Origin: Squalus acanthias
Lineage: Eukaryota
NCBI GenBank assembly: GCA_030390025.1
Contig: CM059432.1
Location: forward strand, 111,230,001 to 111,294,000
Direction: 5' to 3'
DNA: 64,000 bases
Shown piece by piece: positions 47,717 through 60,354 of the stretch. The position numbers and the translations under genes were made by a program. Under the pieces are notes generated by a model, which made no database searches, was not told the DNA's origin, and saw only the letters and a program-made list of their open reading frames with translations. Numbering within the stretch: position 1 is the stretch's first letter; each line of letters opens with the position of its first letter.

Positions 47717-47855
47717 ATAGAATCATAGAATCATAGAAGAATCATAGAATGGTTACAGCACAGAGGAAACCATTTGGCCCATCGAGTCCATGCCGGCTCT
47801 CTGCAAGAGCACGTCAGCTAGTCCCACTCCCCCGCCCTTTCCCCGTAGCCCTGCA
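47717..47855 (-). mobile_element. CR1 3' tail fragment
   Basis: (ATAGAATC)n followed by reverse-complement CR1 3' UTR. Confidence 0.75.
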
Positions 47856-48916
47856 GACTAATAGGAATGCTGAGGCGCTGCCCCGGGGGAATGGCAGTGG
47901 CTCCATGGACTATGAACATGCTGTCCTCTCTCAGGGCGATAGCATTTGTGCTCCCACCATTGCCACTCTGCCATTGCCCTTGCTGTTGCCTGTCAGCCAT
48001 CCAGCCCAGACTGCTGTAGCCCAGGCCGAGATGGTGCAGCCTGAAGCCGAGCCTTTTAGGTCCAGAGCTGCTTGAGGTCACCCTCCAAGCCCATCTGCAG
48101 TCTCTTCAAATGAAAGTCAGCAGCCTTCCACCACCCATGCTGCAGCCACTGGGGAAGCACCTCGTAGGAGCACTAGGTTAGGCAAAGGCACATGGAAGAG
48201 AGGCAGTAAGGGAATGCACAAGGGTGATTAATTTATTTTTGTATGCATTCTGTAATTATTGAATTTATAAAATTGGATTAGAATGTGCAATTTCTGGTGT
48301 TTTTTTATTTTTGTGTTGTCGGAAAGATGTGATGGTCAGTGATAGAGGAAAGGTAAGGAGCGTGGGTCTGTTGGTGAATGGGGAGGTGTGATTGAGATTA
48401 CTGGTATCGCTCATTAAATATTTGATTACGTAGAGCCCGGGCAGAAAGGGCTGTCTATGTTGTAGCCTCCCTCCCTCTTCCTGTTCCTCCACTTCCTGTT
48501 GTACTTCCTCCTCCTCCTCCTCTTCCTCGTGCTCCTGCTCCTCACCTTCTTGCCTGATGGGTGGAGGCAAGGGCTGTTTCCTCATAATGGCTAGGTTGTG
48601 CAGCATGCAGCATACTACCACAAATCTTGATACCCGCTCAGCTGAGTACTGCAAGGCTCCTCCAGAGCGGTCCAGGCAGTGGAAGCATTGCTAGACGCTG
48701 ATGGTGAGTTCTGTAATGTTCCGTGTGGCAGCATGGTTTTCATTGTACGTCTGCTGTGCACGTGTCCGTGGGCTCCGGACAGGAGTCATGTCATGAGTGG
48801 ATAATGCTTGTTGCCCAGTAACCAGCCTTTGACTTGCCGCGGTGGGTCAAATACAGGTGGCACAGAGGACTGACACAGAATGAAGGAAGCATGACAGGAG
48901 ACCGGGCATTGGCCAA

Positions 48917-51192
48917 CATGGGGAGGAGCGATCATAATATGATAGAATTCTTCATTAAGATGGAGAGTGAAGTAGTTGACTCAGAGACTAGGGTCCTTAA
49001 TTTAAATAAAGGAAACTACGATGGTATGAGGCGCAAGTTGGCTAGGATAGATTGGGGAGTGTTACTTAAAGGGTTGACGGTGGATAGGCAATGACAAACA
49101 TTTAAAGATCGCATGGATGAACTACAGAATTTGTTCATCCCTGCTTGGCATAAAAATAAAACAAAAAAGGTGACTCAACCATGGCTAACAAGGGAAATTA
49201 GGGATAGCATAAGATCCAAGGAGAGGACATATAAATTGACCAGAAAAAGCAGCAAACCTGAGGATTGGGAGCAGTTTAGGATTCAGCAAAGGAGGACAAA
49301 GGGATTAATTAAGAGGGGGGAAATAGAATAAGCTTGCAGGGAACATAAAAACTGACTGTAAAAGCTTCTATAGATATGTGAAGAGAAAAAGATTGGTGAA
49401 GTCAAGCGTAGGTCCCTTGCAGTTAGAATCAGGGGAATTTATAATGGGGAACAAAGAAATGGCGGAACAATTAAATACATACGATGGTTCTGTCTTCACA
49501 AAGGAGGACACAAATAAACTCCCAGAGATGTCAGGGAACATAGGGTCTAATGAGAGGGAGGAATTGAATGAAATCACTATTTGTAGGGAAATGGTGTTAG
49601 GGAAATTGACGGAATTGAAGGCCGATAAATCCCCAGGGCCTGATAATCTCCATCCTAGGGTACTTAAGGAAGTGGCCCTAGAAATAGTAGATGCATTGCT
49701 GGTCATCTTTGAAAATTCTGTAGACTCTGGAACAGTTCCCATGGATTGGAGGGTAGCTAATGTAACCCCACTATTTAAAAAAGGTGGTAGAGAAAAAACG
49801 GGGAATTATAGACCGGTAAGCCTGACATCGGTAGTGGGCAAAATGCTAGAGTCCATTATAAAAGATGTAATAGCAGAGCACTTGGAAAACAGTGACAGGA
49901 TCGGACAAAGTCAACATGGATTTACAAAAGGTAAATCATGCCTGACTAATCTACTGGAATTTTTTGAGGATGTAACTGGTAGAATAGATAAGGGAGAACC
50001 AGTGGATGTGGTGTATTTGGACTTTCAGAAGGCTTTTGATAAGGTCCCGCAAAAGAGATTAGCGTGCAAAGTTAAAGCACATGGGATTGGGGGTAAGGTA
50101 CTGGTTGGCAGACAGGAAGCAAAGAGTTGGAATAAACGAGTCTTTTTCCGAGTGGCAGGCAGTGACTAGTGGGGTACCGCAGGGATCGGTGCTAGGACCC
50201 CAGCTATTCACAATATATATTAATGATCTAGACGAGGGAACTAGATGTAATATCTCTAAGTTTGCAGACAACACAAAGCTGGGTGGGCGTGTGTGCTGTG
50301 AGGAGGATGCAGAAAAACTCCAGTATGATTTGGACAGGTTGGGTGATTGGGCAGATGCATGGCAGATGCAGTATAATGTGGATAAATGCGAGGTTATCCA
50401 CTTTGGTGGCAAAAACAGGAAGACAGATTATTATCTGAACGGCAATAGATTGGGAAAAGGGGAAGTGCAACGAGATCTGGGAGTCCTTGTGCACCAGTCG
50501 CTGAAGGTAAGCATGCAGGTGCAGCAGGCGGTTAAGAAGGCAAATGATATGTTGGCCTTCATAGCGAGAGGATTCGAGTACAGGAACAAGGATGTCTTGC
50601 TGCAGTTGTACAGGCCCTTGGTGAGACCACACCTTGAGTATTGTGTGCAGTTTTGGTCGCCTTATCTGAGGAAGGATGTTCTTGCCATGGAGGGAGTGCA
50701 GCGAAGACTTACCAGACTGATACCTGGGATGGCAGGAATGACGTATGAAGAGCGATTGGGTCGATTGGGCTTATATTCGCTAGAGTTTAGAAGAATGAGA
50801 GGGGATCTCATTGAAACTTATAAAATTCTAACAGGGCTAGACAGACTGGATGCAGGAAGGATGTTCCCGATGGTGGGGGAGTCCAGAACCAGAGGTCACA
50901 GTCTAAGGATAAGGGGTAAGCCATTTAGGACTGAGATGAGGAGGAATTTCTTCACCCAGAGAGTGGTGAACCTGTGGAATTCTCTACCACAGAAGACAGT
51001 TGAGGCCAATTCATTAAATATATTCAAGAAGGAGATTGATATATTTCTTAAGGCTAAAGGGATCAAGGGATATGGGGAGAAGGCAGGGACAGGGTACTGA
51101 ATTTGGATGATCAGCCATGATCTCATTAAATGGCGGAGCAGGCTCGAGGGACCGAATGGCCTACTCCTGCTCCTATCTTCTATGTTTCTATG
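48917..51192 (+). mobile_element. CR1 LINE, 5'-truncated within the endonuclease, frameshifted
   Basis: SDHNMIEF, QHGF, YLDFQKAFDKV, GVPQGSVLGP, FADN, (CTATGTTT) tail. Confidence 0.95.
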
Positions 51193-53275
51193 ATACGCTG
51201 CCTGTGGTCACACACCAGCTGCACATGGAGGGAGTGGAATCCCTTTTGGTCAGGTTTACATGAGGTGCATACAAAGTTAAATGCGTGCAGTCACTGGCAC
51301 TCTGCACCAAGGGGAAGCCTGCAATCTGAGAAAACCCTTGTGCTTACGCCACCTGCTTGTCTCTGGCAAGAGGGACTGAGATGAAGCTGTCTCTCTTTGT
51401 ATAGAGAGTCTCAGTGACATCCCTTATGCAGCAGTGCACTGCAAACTGCAAGATGTTGTTTATATAGCCTGGAATGAGCCAGACACATAAAAGTTAAGAG
51501 CCACAGGCACCTTCACAGCCACAGGCAATGCAGTCCTTGCCCTATTTTGAAGTTCCAGTTGTTGCTGCAACAGTTGGCAGATTTCAGTCACGGCCTCTTT
51601 AGTGAAGCAAAGACGTGTCAGGTATTGGTCCTCGCTGAAGTTGAGGTCAGAGAATTGCTCCCTGAAGACTCTGGGCGGATATGGCCTTCCACTGGCAGTC
51701 TTCACCCCCTCCTCCTCCTCCCTATTCTAGCAGCTTGTCCTGCTCTGCATGCCCTCTGTTCATTCCCCCAGTCATGTTCAATTCCCAGAGGAAGGCCTAC
51801 CAGGCTATCCATGTCTGGAAGCAACTTGTTTCAGCACAAGCTTTTAAATCAACAAAAACGTACTTTAGCACCAACCAGACCACTCCCTGTAAACTATTGA
51901 AACTTTAGCCAAGTATAGGAAAGCTCCAAAAATATGTAGAATTGCACCAGCAGCCAGAAGAAATAATCCACCAAGTAACCTGTAAGTAGTTCATGATCCC
52001 TTTAAATAGCGCTGGTGGGGGGCCTTCATGCTGTTTACGCTGTGTTCAACTGTGGGAGGTTAAGAGAAGGCTTTGACAGGCGTTCAAAAATGGCAGCGCT
52101 GGCATCCTTATAGTGCACAGAGGGATGGTAGTTACGCATTCAGTAAATGTAACTTGGAATCATGTAATAAGTAAACTGCTGGACAACTAGAAATTAGCTA
52201 CTTGCACTTTGTTAACAAGTGTGATTTAGTTTGCCCTTGTGACAAGTGTATTAAAGGGTGAGGTAAATTCTGCAATTGGGCAGCACCTTGTCCACTTGCA
52301 GTGCATGTTAAGAAACCTTGTGTATCCAGCCTGATTTTCCATCCATTAAAATGAATTAACAGAAGAGATGGGCTGTGTGTGTGCAGTTTCCCAACAGATG
52401 TTACTGGTGAGCAAACTGCCATGCCAGGAATGTGCATTCGGAAAAGTGTATACTAACACATCAGTTATAGCTCAGGGAATAATGCCTTCATACATCACTG
52501 AAACAACAGTAACATTGCAAAAATAAGGGAGTATGATTCCTTCCACAAAGTATGGCGATCTTAACCATATGTATTTGACATCATAGGCGTGAAATGGGAC
52601 TTTTATTTTCGTATTTGTGAGAGCACAGAAATTTAAAAAAAATGCTCCATATACATCAGAGAGCAGATGTTCTCAGTTCTGCCTCTAAGCATCATTGACT
52701 TTCACAAGTTGGAGAACAGAGATAAACCAGAATAGCTGTTGAGTTGTTGTATTGTGTCACATATCATCACTCTTCCCATCTAATGTAGTAGCACAGCGTT
52801 AAAAGTCAGATCCATTACATACAATAGCAGCCTGCCACTAGCGGTGCTCACAGTGAATTGGAGTGGTTCATACTTCCATTGCAAAGATTTGCATAGAACT
52901 GTGAGAGATGAGTTCAGAGACAGCGTATTCAGAATTTACGCTCGATATGGGCATGAACAACTTAAGCCGATAAAAAGCCCATTGCACACAATTCTCTGAG
53001 CGTAGCCAACAGAAAATTGACCACATTGCTTTTTATTTCCTAATTCCTTAAAACTTTCTACTGGATGAAAGAAATCTGCAGTGCACATGGACCGAAGCCA
53101 CCCTTCTCCAGTGGGCAGCACGTTCCTTTGCACCTTACTCCCTTTTGAATCTTCCTTCATTAATGCGCCACCCTTTTCCTCCCTGGACCCCATCGCCTGC
53201 TTGAACCATACTTCTTGTCCGTATTACATGCACAAATCTGATTACTTATGTAAGTGCGTAATCTGAAGGAATATA

Positions 53276-54167
53276 GGGGGAAAAATTCAGTTGGTTGCGC
53301 CTCCCGTTAGCGCCTTAAGAGGGCGCTAATGGGGCGCAAAGCAGCTAGCGCCCGGGCGTGGCGAAGTTTGCGCCGCTCGCGAAATTAACTAGACATTTTG
53401 CGGCGGCGCTAAACACTACCGCCACGATCTCCTGCGCCGGCAGATCGTGACATCAGTCGAGTGCGCAACGCCCCGGTATCGCCCGGAGCGGATATTGAGT
53501 GGCGCCCCCTGCCTTACCGCCTGACACTAGCAATGACAGGTTGAGGGGAGCGTTCTTCTGTCATGAAGGGAAAGGGGGAGCGCTATTTAAAGGTGACCGC
53601 TTCCTGCCTTTTATTGTTGGTGCCATTTTTGAACTACGCATTCTGAGAGAGAGTGAGAGAGACTTCTGGAGAGATTCAACGTTGTGTGAAGGAGTTTTGG
53701 GTACTGAGCAGCACTTTGCAGGTTCATTTTGATTTGCCATTCCTTGTATCGATTTAGAAGAGACTGTGGGGGCTGCACTCTGAGCTCTTTCCCTGGGCCT
53801 CTCCATTGTTATTTCCTGCAGATTTGATGTGCAGGTCTCTCCAGGCCGAGATTCAAGGCTGCAATGAGCAGGATGTGGATGGAAAGCAAGATCAACCATC
53901 CCCTTTAAGAACTGGCCCGTGCCATTGTGTGTGTGTTCCATTGCTGACTGACATTACATGAGCTTCGCCAGCGCTCTGAGTTAGCGCCTCACTCCTCGGC
54001 CTTTGCGCCTTAAGACAGGTGTGCAGCGCCTGATTTAGCGCTCCAATCACCTCCCGGGGCGTTAAAAGTGAAGTTTCCAGTCAGTGGCGATAATTAGCGC
54101 CAGGCGCTAATCTTTGCGCCCGGACGATATTTGCGCCCTAAACGGGGCGCGACTGAATTTTCCCCTC
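53276..54167 (+). mobile_element. Harbinger MITE, second copy of 2408-3301
   Basis: Reverse-complement match along the length. TIRs GGGGGAAAAATTCAG / CTGAATTTTCCCCTC. No clean TSD. Confidence 0.9.
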
Positions 54168-54399
54168 GAGCCTGTTCTGCCATTCAATTAGATCATGGCT
54201 GATCTGTACCTTGGTTCCATATGCTTGGTTCCATAATCCCTTATTATCCTTGCTTAGCGTCATCAGCAAATTTGGATATATGGCTCTGTATTCCTTCATC
54301 TAAGTCATGAATAAATAGAGTGAAAAGCTAAGGCCCCAGTACAGATCCCCGGGGAAATACAACTAGTCACATCCTGCCAATTGGAGTACATACTCATTA

Positions 54400-56652
54400 A
54401 CCTAGAAATTCGTGTTCACCACAAAACTTGTCGGTGTTACTGGCAACTGGAGATAACGGCCACTGAAAATGACTGCAACGCTAAGGAGAATAAATTAATC
54501 TGGGAGGCTGGAGATTGGTGGCGTAGTGTAACCTTCCATGCAACGCCCTCCAGGTGGCATTAGTGGAGACCTCCGAGGCGAAGTTGCTGTCCTGAAGTGG
54601 CGTTCGAGCTTCGCGCAGCCTCTGGGAGCGAGGCTGTGCAGCTCACAAGGAATTATGGGCAGTTAAAAGGGCTGTGAATTAAAGGGGCCATGCAGTCAGA
54701 ACAAATACAAATTAAAATGCAGTGAAAAAATGCAGTTTTCAGCCCTTACTGCCTTCTGGTAAAAAAAATTACATAAAAAAAATTCCCAAATGGGAATCTT
54801 CAGCTCTTAAAGCTGAATTCCCTTCCGCACCTAAACAAATGGGAAAGTGCTTCAGCACTAACACAAATGGCTCAGCAAGCCAGGGAAGGGGCATCGAGAG
54901 ACTCACACGCAGCACTCCAGCTTTGTGCAGGGGGGTCAACACTGCAAGAGTGGCCCTCTACCCACAGAGGCCACGAGGACCTCCAGAAAGAACAATGTGG
55001 GAGTACATCACCAAGGCCGTCACTGCCAGCAGTGTCATCCCCATCCCCTGGCTCCAGTGCCCAAAGAAGCTTCATGACCTCAGACCACTGGTCAAGGTCA
55101 GTGAATGCATCTTTAAAAGCTATCTCCTACCAACTGCACCACTAGCCTCAGACACTGCTCAATGCACAACACCCATCACCAATCACTCACTTAACAACAA
55201 TCTGTACCAAACACGAGGCACATCTCACATTCCCAGCTTCACGTCACCCCCTTGGAGGAGACGTTGCTGGCCATTTTTGGCAGGGGCATGGCTGAGCCCT
55301 TGGCCAGCAGTGGATTACAGGATTCAAGGATACAAGATGCTGGTATCCTCATACATTATCCTCCTTCTCCCATGCACCTCTTGCTTTCCCACCCTCCCCT
55401 CACCACAACTCCACCCTTGTGCCTTCCTCATTTCACACACCCAAGAAATGCAGCTGCCCAGCCAGTGGTTGACCAAGAAGGGGGAGAGGCAAGTGAAGAA
55501 GAAGAGGAAAAAGAGAAGAAGAAGCACTGTCACTCGATTTGACACTCTCAGCCACCAGCTCCTCGAGGTCGCCCTGCAAGGCTATCTGCAGTCTCCCCCA
55601 CTGAAAGTCAGCAGCCTTCCAGCAGCCATGCTGCAGCCACTGGGGTAGATCTGCATGACATCACTAGGATAGGCAAAGGCACACACAAGACAGTCACTAA
55701 GGGAATGCATTTGGGTGATGAGTTGATTTCTTGATGTCATATTGGATGGATAGATGTATAAAGTTGGATTGGAAAGTTTGCTTTGTGGTGGCTTTTATTT
55801 CAGCATTGTGGCCAAGAGGACGCTGTGATGGTCAGTAACAGAGAGAAGGTAAGGTGTGGGACAAATGTTGAAAGGGGAATTGGGGTTGTACTCACTGGTA
55901 CTGCAGGCGGATGATTCCATCCCAGATATCCCGGCCAGAAAGGGGCTGTCTGGGTTGCATCCTTTCTTCTGCTTCCTCTTCTTCTGTTTGTTCCTCTTCT
56001 GTATCTTCCTCTTCTGCGTCTTCCTCTTCCCTCTGCGAGCGGATGCTGTAAATCTGAAATAAAAGCAGAAAATGCTGAAAATACTCAGCAGGTCAGGCAG
56101 CATCTCGACCTGAGATGTGAACTCTGTTTCTCTCTGCATGAGTGCTGCCTGTCCTGCTGAGTATTTCCAGCATTTTCTGTCTTCTCAGAGGACTTCCTTT
56201 ACCATCCAAGGCCTTGCAAGCATCCAGCAGCACTCCCTGCACACTTAAAAACCTTTTCACATGTATTGCACCAAGCCACTACTTAAGTAAAATTTTAAAA
56301 ATTCAGTCCAAAAGCTGAAAGATGTGTGTGTCCCTTTAAGAAGTACTGACAGCATCTCTGTCAGTCTGCTGAACACACGCTTTTCAGAGCAAGCTTAGGA
56401 CCCAGCACTGAATTCAGCGCTACGGTCGAAGTTTGCAGAGCGTGACGTTAAATCGGCGTTGCACACCGAATGATGTCATGCTCTCTTCATTTATATCTCC
56501 AGGGCCAGCTCTGCTTTCGGCAACGCTAAGGCCCTCATCAAAATGGCGGCCGCCGAGTCCCGCGGCAGGGAAGGGTGCTAGAGTGGCAGCCGCCATTTTT
56601 CGCCACAATTCCAGCGCTAACGGACGGCTGTAAGTAGCCCAATTTCTGGGCC
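54400..56652 (+). mobile_element. Non-autonomous Harbinger with degenerate Myb-like gene
   Basis: Ends ACCTAGAAATT / AATTTCTGGGCC. Internal similarity to 40600-42070. Confidence 0.72.
56042..56180. repeat. Hairpin insertion, probably a second Penelope-type terminal family
   Basis: Arms cagaaaatgctgaaaatactcagcaggtcaggcagca (56066-56102) and tgctgcctgtcctgctgagtatttccagcattttctg (56143-56179). Confidence 0.55.
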
Positions 56653-56654
56653 TG

Positions 56655-56942
56655 TGTGCATAATAACAGATCCTAGTAACTTCCACACAGCAGACGTTAG
56701 ATTACTAGGTCTATAATTTCCTGCTTTATCATTCCCACCCTTCTTAAATATTGCAATTTTCCAATCCAAGAGGACAATTCCTGAATCAAGAGAGTTTGGG
56801 AAGTTCATGACTTAAAGCATCTACAATTTCTTTTTAATATTCTGCCGACCATCGGATGCTGGAGATTTGTACATATCCAGTCTCACGATTTTGTCTATTA
56901 CCATTTTTTTTACTTATATTAAATCTTGTAAGTTCCTCCCCT
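56655..56942 (-). mobile_element. CR1 ORF2 fragment, degenerate
   Basis: NSLDSGIVLLDWKIA..FKKGG..GNYRP. Confidence 0.7.
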
Positions 56943-57284
56943 TTGGAAGAGATACCACACCATTATTGTCCAGCTAGTGTCTGATCTCATAAACAGGATC
57001 ATTCATGTTTGTGCAAGATACCCAGTCAGCTGTTGCGGTGTTTTTATTCAGCAACAGTCAACCATGCCCCCAATATTCGACCCTTGTACCAAAGTAGCAG
57101 GATGACTGCTGGGGGTTAAGGGATAGCCACTACACGTGTGGCTCATGACACCTCTCTGCAACACCACCACCCGTAACCATAAAACTTAATATAATCAATG
57201 CCATGCGACCATCAGGATTATTATTGAGTTGAAACAAAGATTCAGGTACATGCACAGGTCTGGGGCTCCCTACAATATGCCCCA

Positions 57285-57497
57285 CAAAGAGTCTCCCACA
57301 TTGTAGTGGTGTGCGACATCCAGCACAAACTCGCCATACGGAGAGACCTGTATTTAGAGGAAGCACAGCAGCAGCAGCCATCCTCATCGGACAAGGCAGA
57401 CCAGGTGAAGGTGAGGAAGCAACAGAGAAGAAGGTCCACCTCAATGCCTTCCAGCAAGAGAGTGAGGGATGAGTTAATTGCTCAGCAATTACAGTGA
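57285..57497 (+). pseudogene. Harbinger transposase C-terminal remnant
   Basis: RVSHIVVVCDIQHKLAI...RVRDELIAQ resembles RVS.FIVVCCMLHNLAI...AVRQRLI. Confidence 0.5.
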
Positions 57498-57586
57498 CCT
57501 GCTTATTCCCCTACCCCGAAAACCTACATAGAGACCCTTTGCATTAATAGTCTTTGTTACATCCTTTACCAATTCTGCATTAACAC

Positions 57587-59600
57587 CAACACTCGCATTT
57601 ATATAACATGTTTAACACAGTAAAACATCTCAAATCATTCCACAGGAGCAATTATCAAACAAAATTTGACACTGAGCCACATAAGGAAATATTAGAACAG
57701 GTGAAATCACAGAGGTAGGTTTTAAAGAGCATCCTTAAGGAGGAAAGAGAGGTAGAGAAGCGAACAGATTATGGGAGGGAACTCCGGAGCTTAGGGCCTA
57801 GGCAGCTGAAGACACGTCCGCCAATAGTGGAGCGAGTAAAATCAGGCATACTCAAGAAGCCAGAATTGGAGGAGTGCAGAGATCTCGGAGGGTTGTAGGG
57901 CTGGAGGACGTTACAGAGATGGGGAGGGTCGAGGCCATGGAGAGATTTGAAAACAAGGATGAGAATTTCAAAATCCAGGCGTTGCCAGACGGGAGCACGG
58001 TAGGTCAGCGAGCACAGGGGTGATGGGTGAACGGACTTGGTGCGAGTTAGGATACAGGCAACAGAGCTTTGGATGAGCTCACATTTCCAGAGGGTGCAAG
58101 GTGCGAGGATGGCCAGGAGAGCGTTAGAATAGTCAACAAAGACATGGATGGGGGTTTCAGCAGCGGATGAGCTGAGGCAGGGTGGAATGGGTAATGTTAC
58201 AGAGCTGGAAGTAGTTGGTCTTGGTAATGGAGAGGAAATCGGGTCATAAGCTCAGCTCAGGATCAAATAGGACGGCAAGGTTGCAAACAGTCTGGTTGAT
58301 CCTCAAACAGTGGCTAGAGAGAGGGATGGAGTTGATGGCAAGGGATTGGAGTTTGTGGCTGGGACAATTGATTCAGTCTTCCCAATATTTAATTGGAGGA
58401 AATTTCTGCTCATCCATTACTGGAGGTTGGACTAATAGCGTGACAAATCAGAGGCAGTGGATGGGCCGAGAGAGCTGATGGTGAGGTAGAGTTGGGTGTC
58501 GTCAGCATGCATGTGGAACCTGACGTTGTGTTTTCAAATGATGTTGCCAAAGGACAGCATGTAGCTGAAAAATAAAAGGGAGCCAAGGATAGATCCTTGG
58601 AGGACTCCAGAGGGAATGGTGCGGGAGTGGGAAGAGAAGCCATTGCAGGTGATTCTCTGGCCATGATTGGAGAGATAGGAATGGAAGCAGGCCAGTGCAG
58701 TCTCACCCAGCTGGATAATGGAGGAGAGGAGTTGGAGGAGGATGGAGTGGTCAACCATGTCAAAGGCTGCAGACAGGTCGAGAAGGATGAGGAGGGATAG
58801 CTCACCATGGTCACAGTCACATAGGATGTCATTTGTGACTTTGCTAAGGGCTGTTTCAGTGCTGTGGCAGGCGCGGAAATCGGATGCGGGAAAGATGGGC
58901 ACGAATTTCTGAAGTGACAGCATGTTCAAGGATTTTGGAGAAGAAAAATAGCCTTGTCTGTGATTGACATGATGGGAGTAGAGAGGCCACGTGAAATGGC
59001 AAGGTCGAGGGGGTGGCCATGAATATGGGTAGGCGAGGTTATATAGAGGGAGGATAAGAGGGCAGTGAACTCAGAGGAGAGAGGGCATGATGGGTTACAA
59101 AGAAGGTTGAATTCACCGAGGATGAGAAGTTGCTCAGTGCAGAGGCTAAGGGAGGAAAGCATGAAGCTCTCTCGGTGAGAAATTTGGTGTGGTACTTGGG
59201 TGGGCGGTAGAGAACGAGGCTTTTAAAGGAAAGGCTAGAGGGGGGCTCAAAGGAAGAGAAAGTGCCAGAGGAGTAGGGGGACAGACCAAGGTGTGATTTG
59301 GTGATAAGAGCCACACTGCCACGACAACAGTCTGGGTGGCAGGTAGTGGAAGGTATAGCCAGGCGGGAGGCTTCACTAAGGGGGAAGGTGCCATTGCCCA
59401 TCAGTCAAGTTTCCATCAAGGTCATGATGTCGGTGCAATCATTCACAATAAATTCATGGATGGCGAGGGCCTTGTTCACAAGTGAATGGACATTCTGGAG
59501 GGAGATGTGGATGGGGCGGTGATAGCTGATCCATTGGCAGAGTTCACATGGTCAGCGCTGGGAGGGGTGAATGGGCCGGGGAGCTAGTTGGCAAGGTTAG
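57587..59600 (-). mobile_element. L2 LINE, degenerate, internally deleted
   Basis: HSTETALSKVTNDIL, LDLSAAFDMVDH, GVLQGSILG. APE YRPP, LILGEFN, GHPLDL. Tail near 57587. Confidence 0.88.
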
Positions 59601-60354
59601 CCCCCAGCGGTGGTGCTGGATGGGAAGGTCAGTGAGAGAGTAGGATGGGGATGCTACTTGTAAGGAGTGCCTCAATGGGCCCTTTAAAGGGTGTCAAGTG
59701 AAGCAGAGGGAAGTTGTAGGCTTATCGTAGAGGGAGTCATGAAGGTTGAAGAGTGCTGAAGGGTTGGTGTCAGGATTTGGGGAGCAGAGTAACTGAGAGG
59801 AGAAAAATGAAATGAGGCATGACGACAGGAGCAAAGGGCTTAGGAGGGGTAAAGAGAAAAGTAGAATAAATGGGGAAACAGAAGTGATGGGCTCGGAGCG
59901 GCAGGCAAAACGCGCACACTAATGGACACAGGGAAACTCAAGTTACATAGGCTTGGTTACATTGTAAAATTAGGATAGATATGTCCTGGTAATAAGTGGC
60001 GAATAGAGAGAAGACAAGAGAAGTGCATCCAAAGTTAAAGTCAGAGGTCGCGTGATGGGATAAAATTGATGTAGATAAGGTGGGATCAGAGACAGGTGCG
60101 AAGGACGAGTGATTCCAGAAGCTATTTGAGGGGTAGAGTATCGGAGGACGAGCTACTAGAGGTATTTCTGTGGAAATGAAGGTGTAGAGAATCGAGCATG
60201 GAGCAGAAAAATAGTGGTGTAGTTGGAAGTCACTATAAGATCCAGAAGCGGTGGAGAAATGGACTTCGGCCCAGCAGAGTGAAATTTTGGCGAGGTCCCA
60301 TATAGTAGCAAAATAAAGCTGAAAAAACAGTAGAACCAGCAGCACAGTCATAAA

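Larger units (their letters stand above)
45738..52100 (+). mobile_element. Harbinger element: Myb-like gene (+, about 46020-48210) and transposase (-, about 51812-48400), with CR1 insertions
   Basis: RAPRFSDTALEVLVEEV, QCRKKFNDL, AAG|GTGAGT, acceptor at 46514. Minus strand has VALNFY.SGSFQ, VVVCCMLHNLA and an acidic tail. Confidence 0.85.

Noticed and set aside
54722..55648. 308-aa ORF as a novel protein
   Set aside because: It is a chance read-through of degenerate Myb-like exons and introns in shifting frames.
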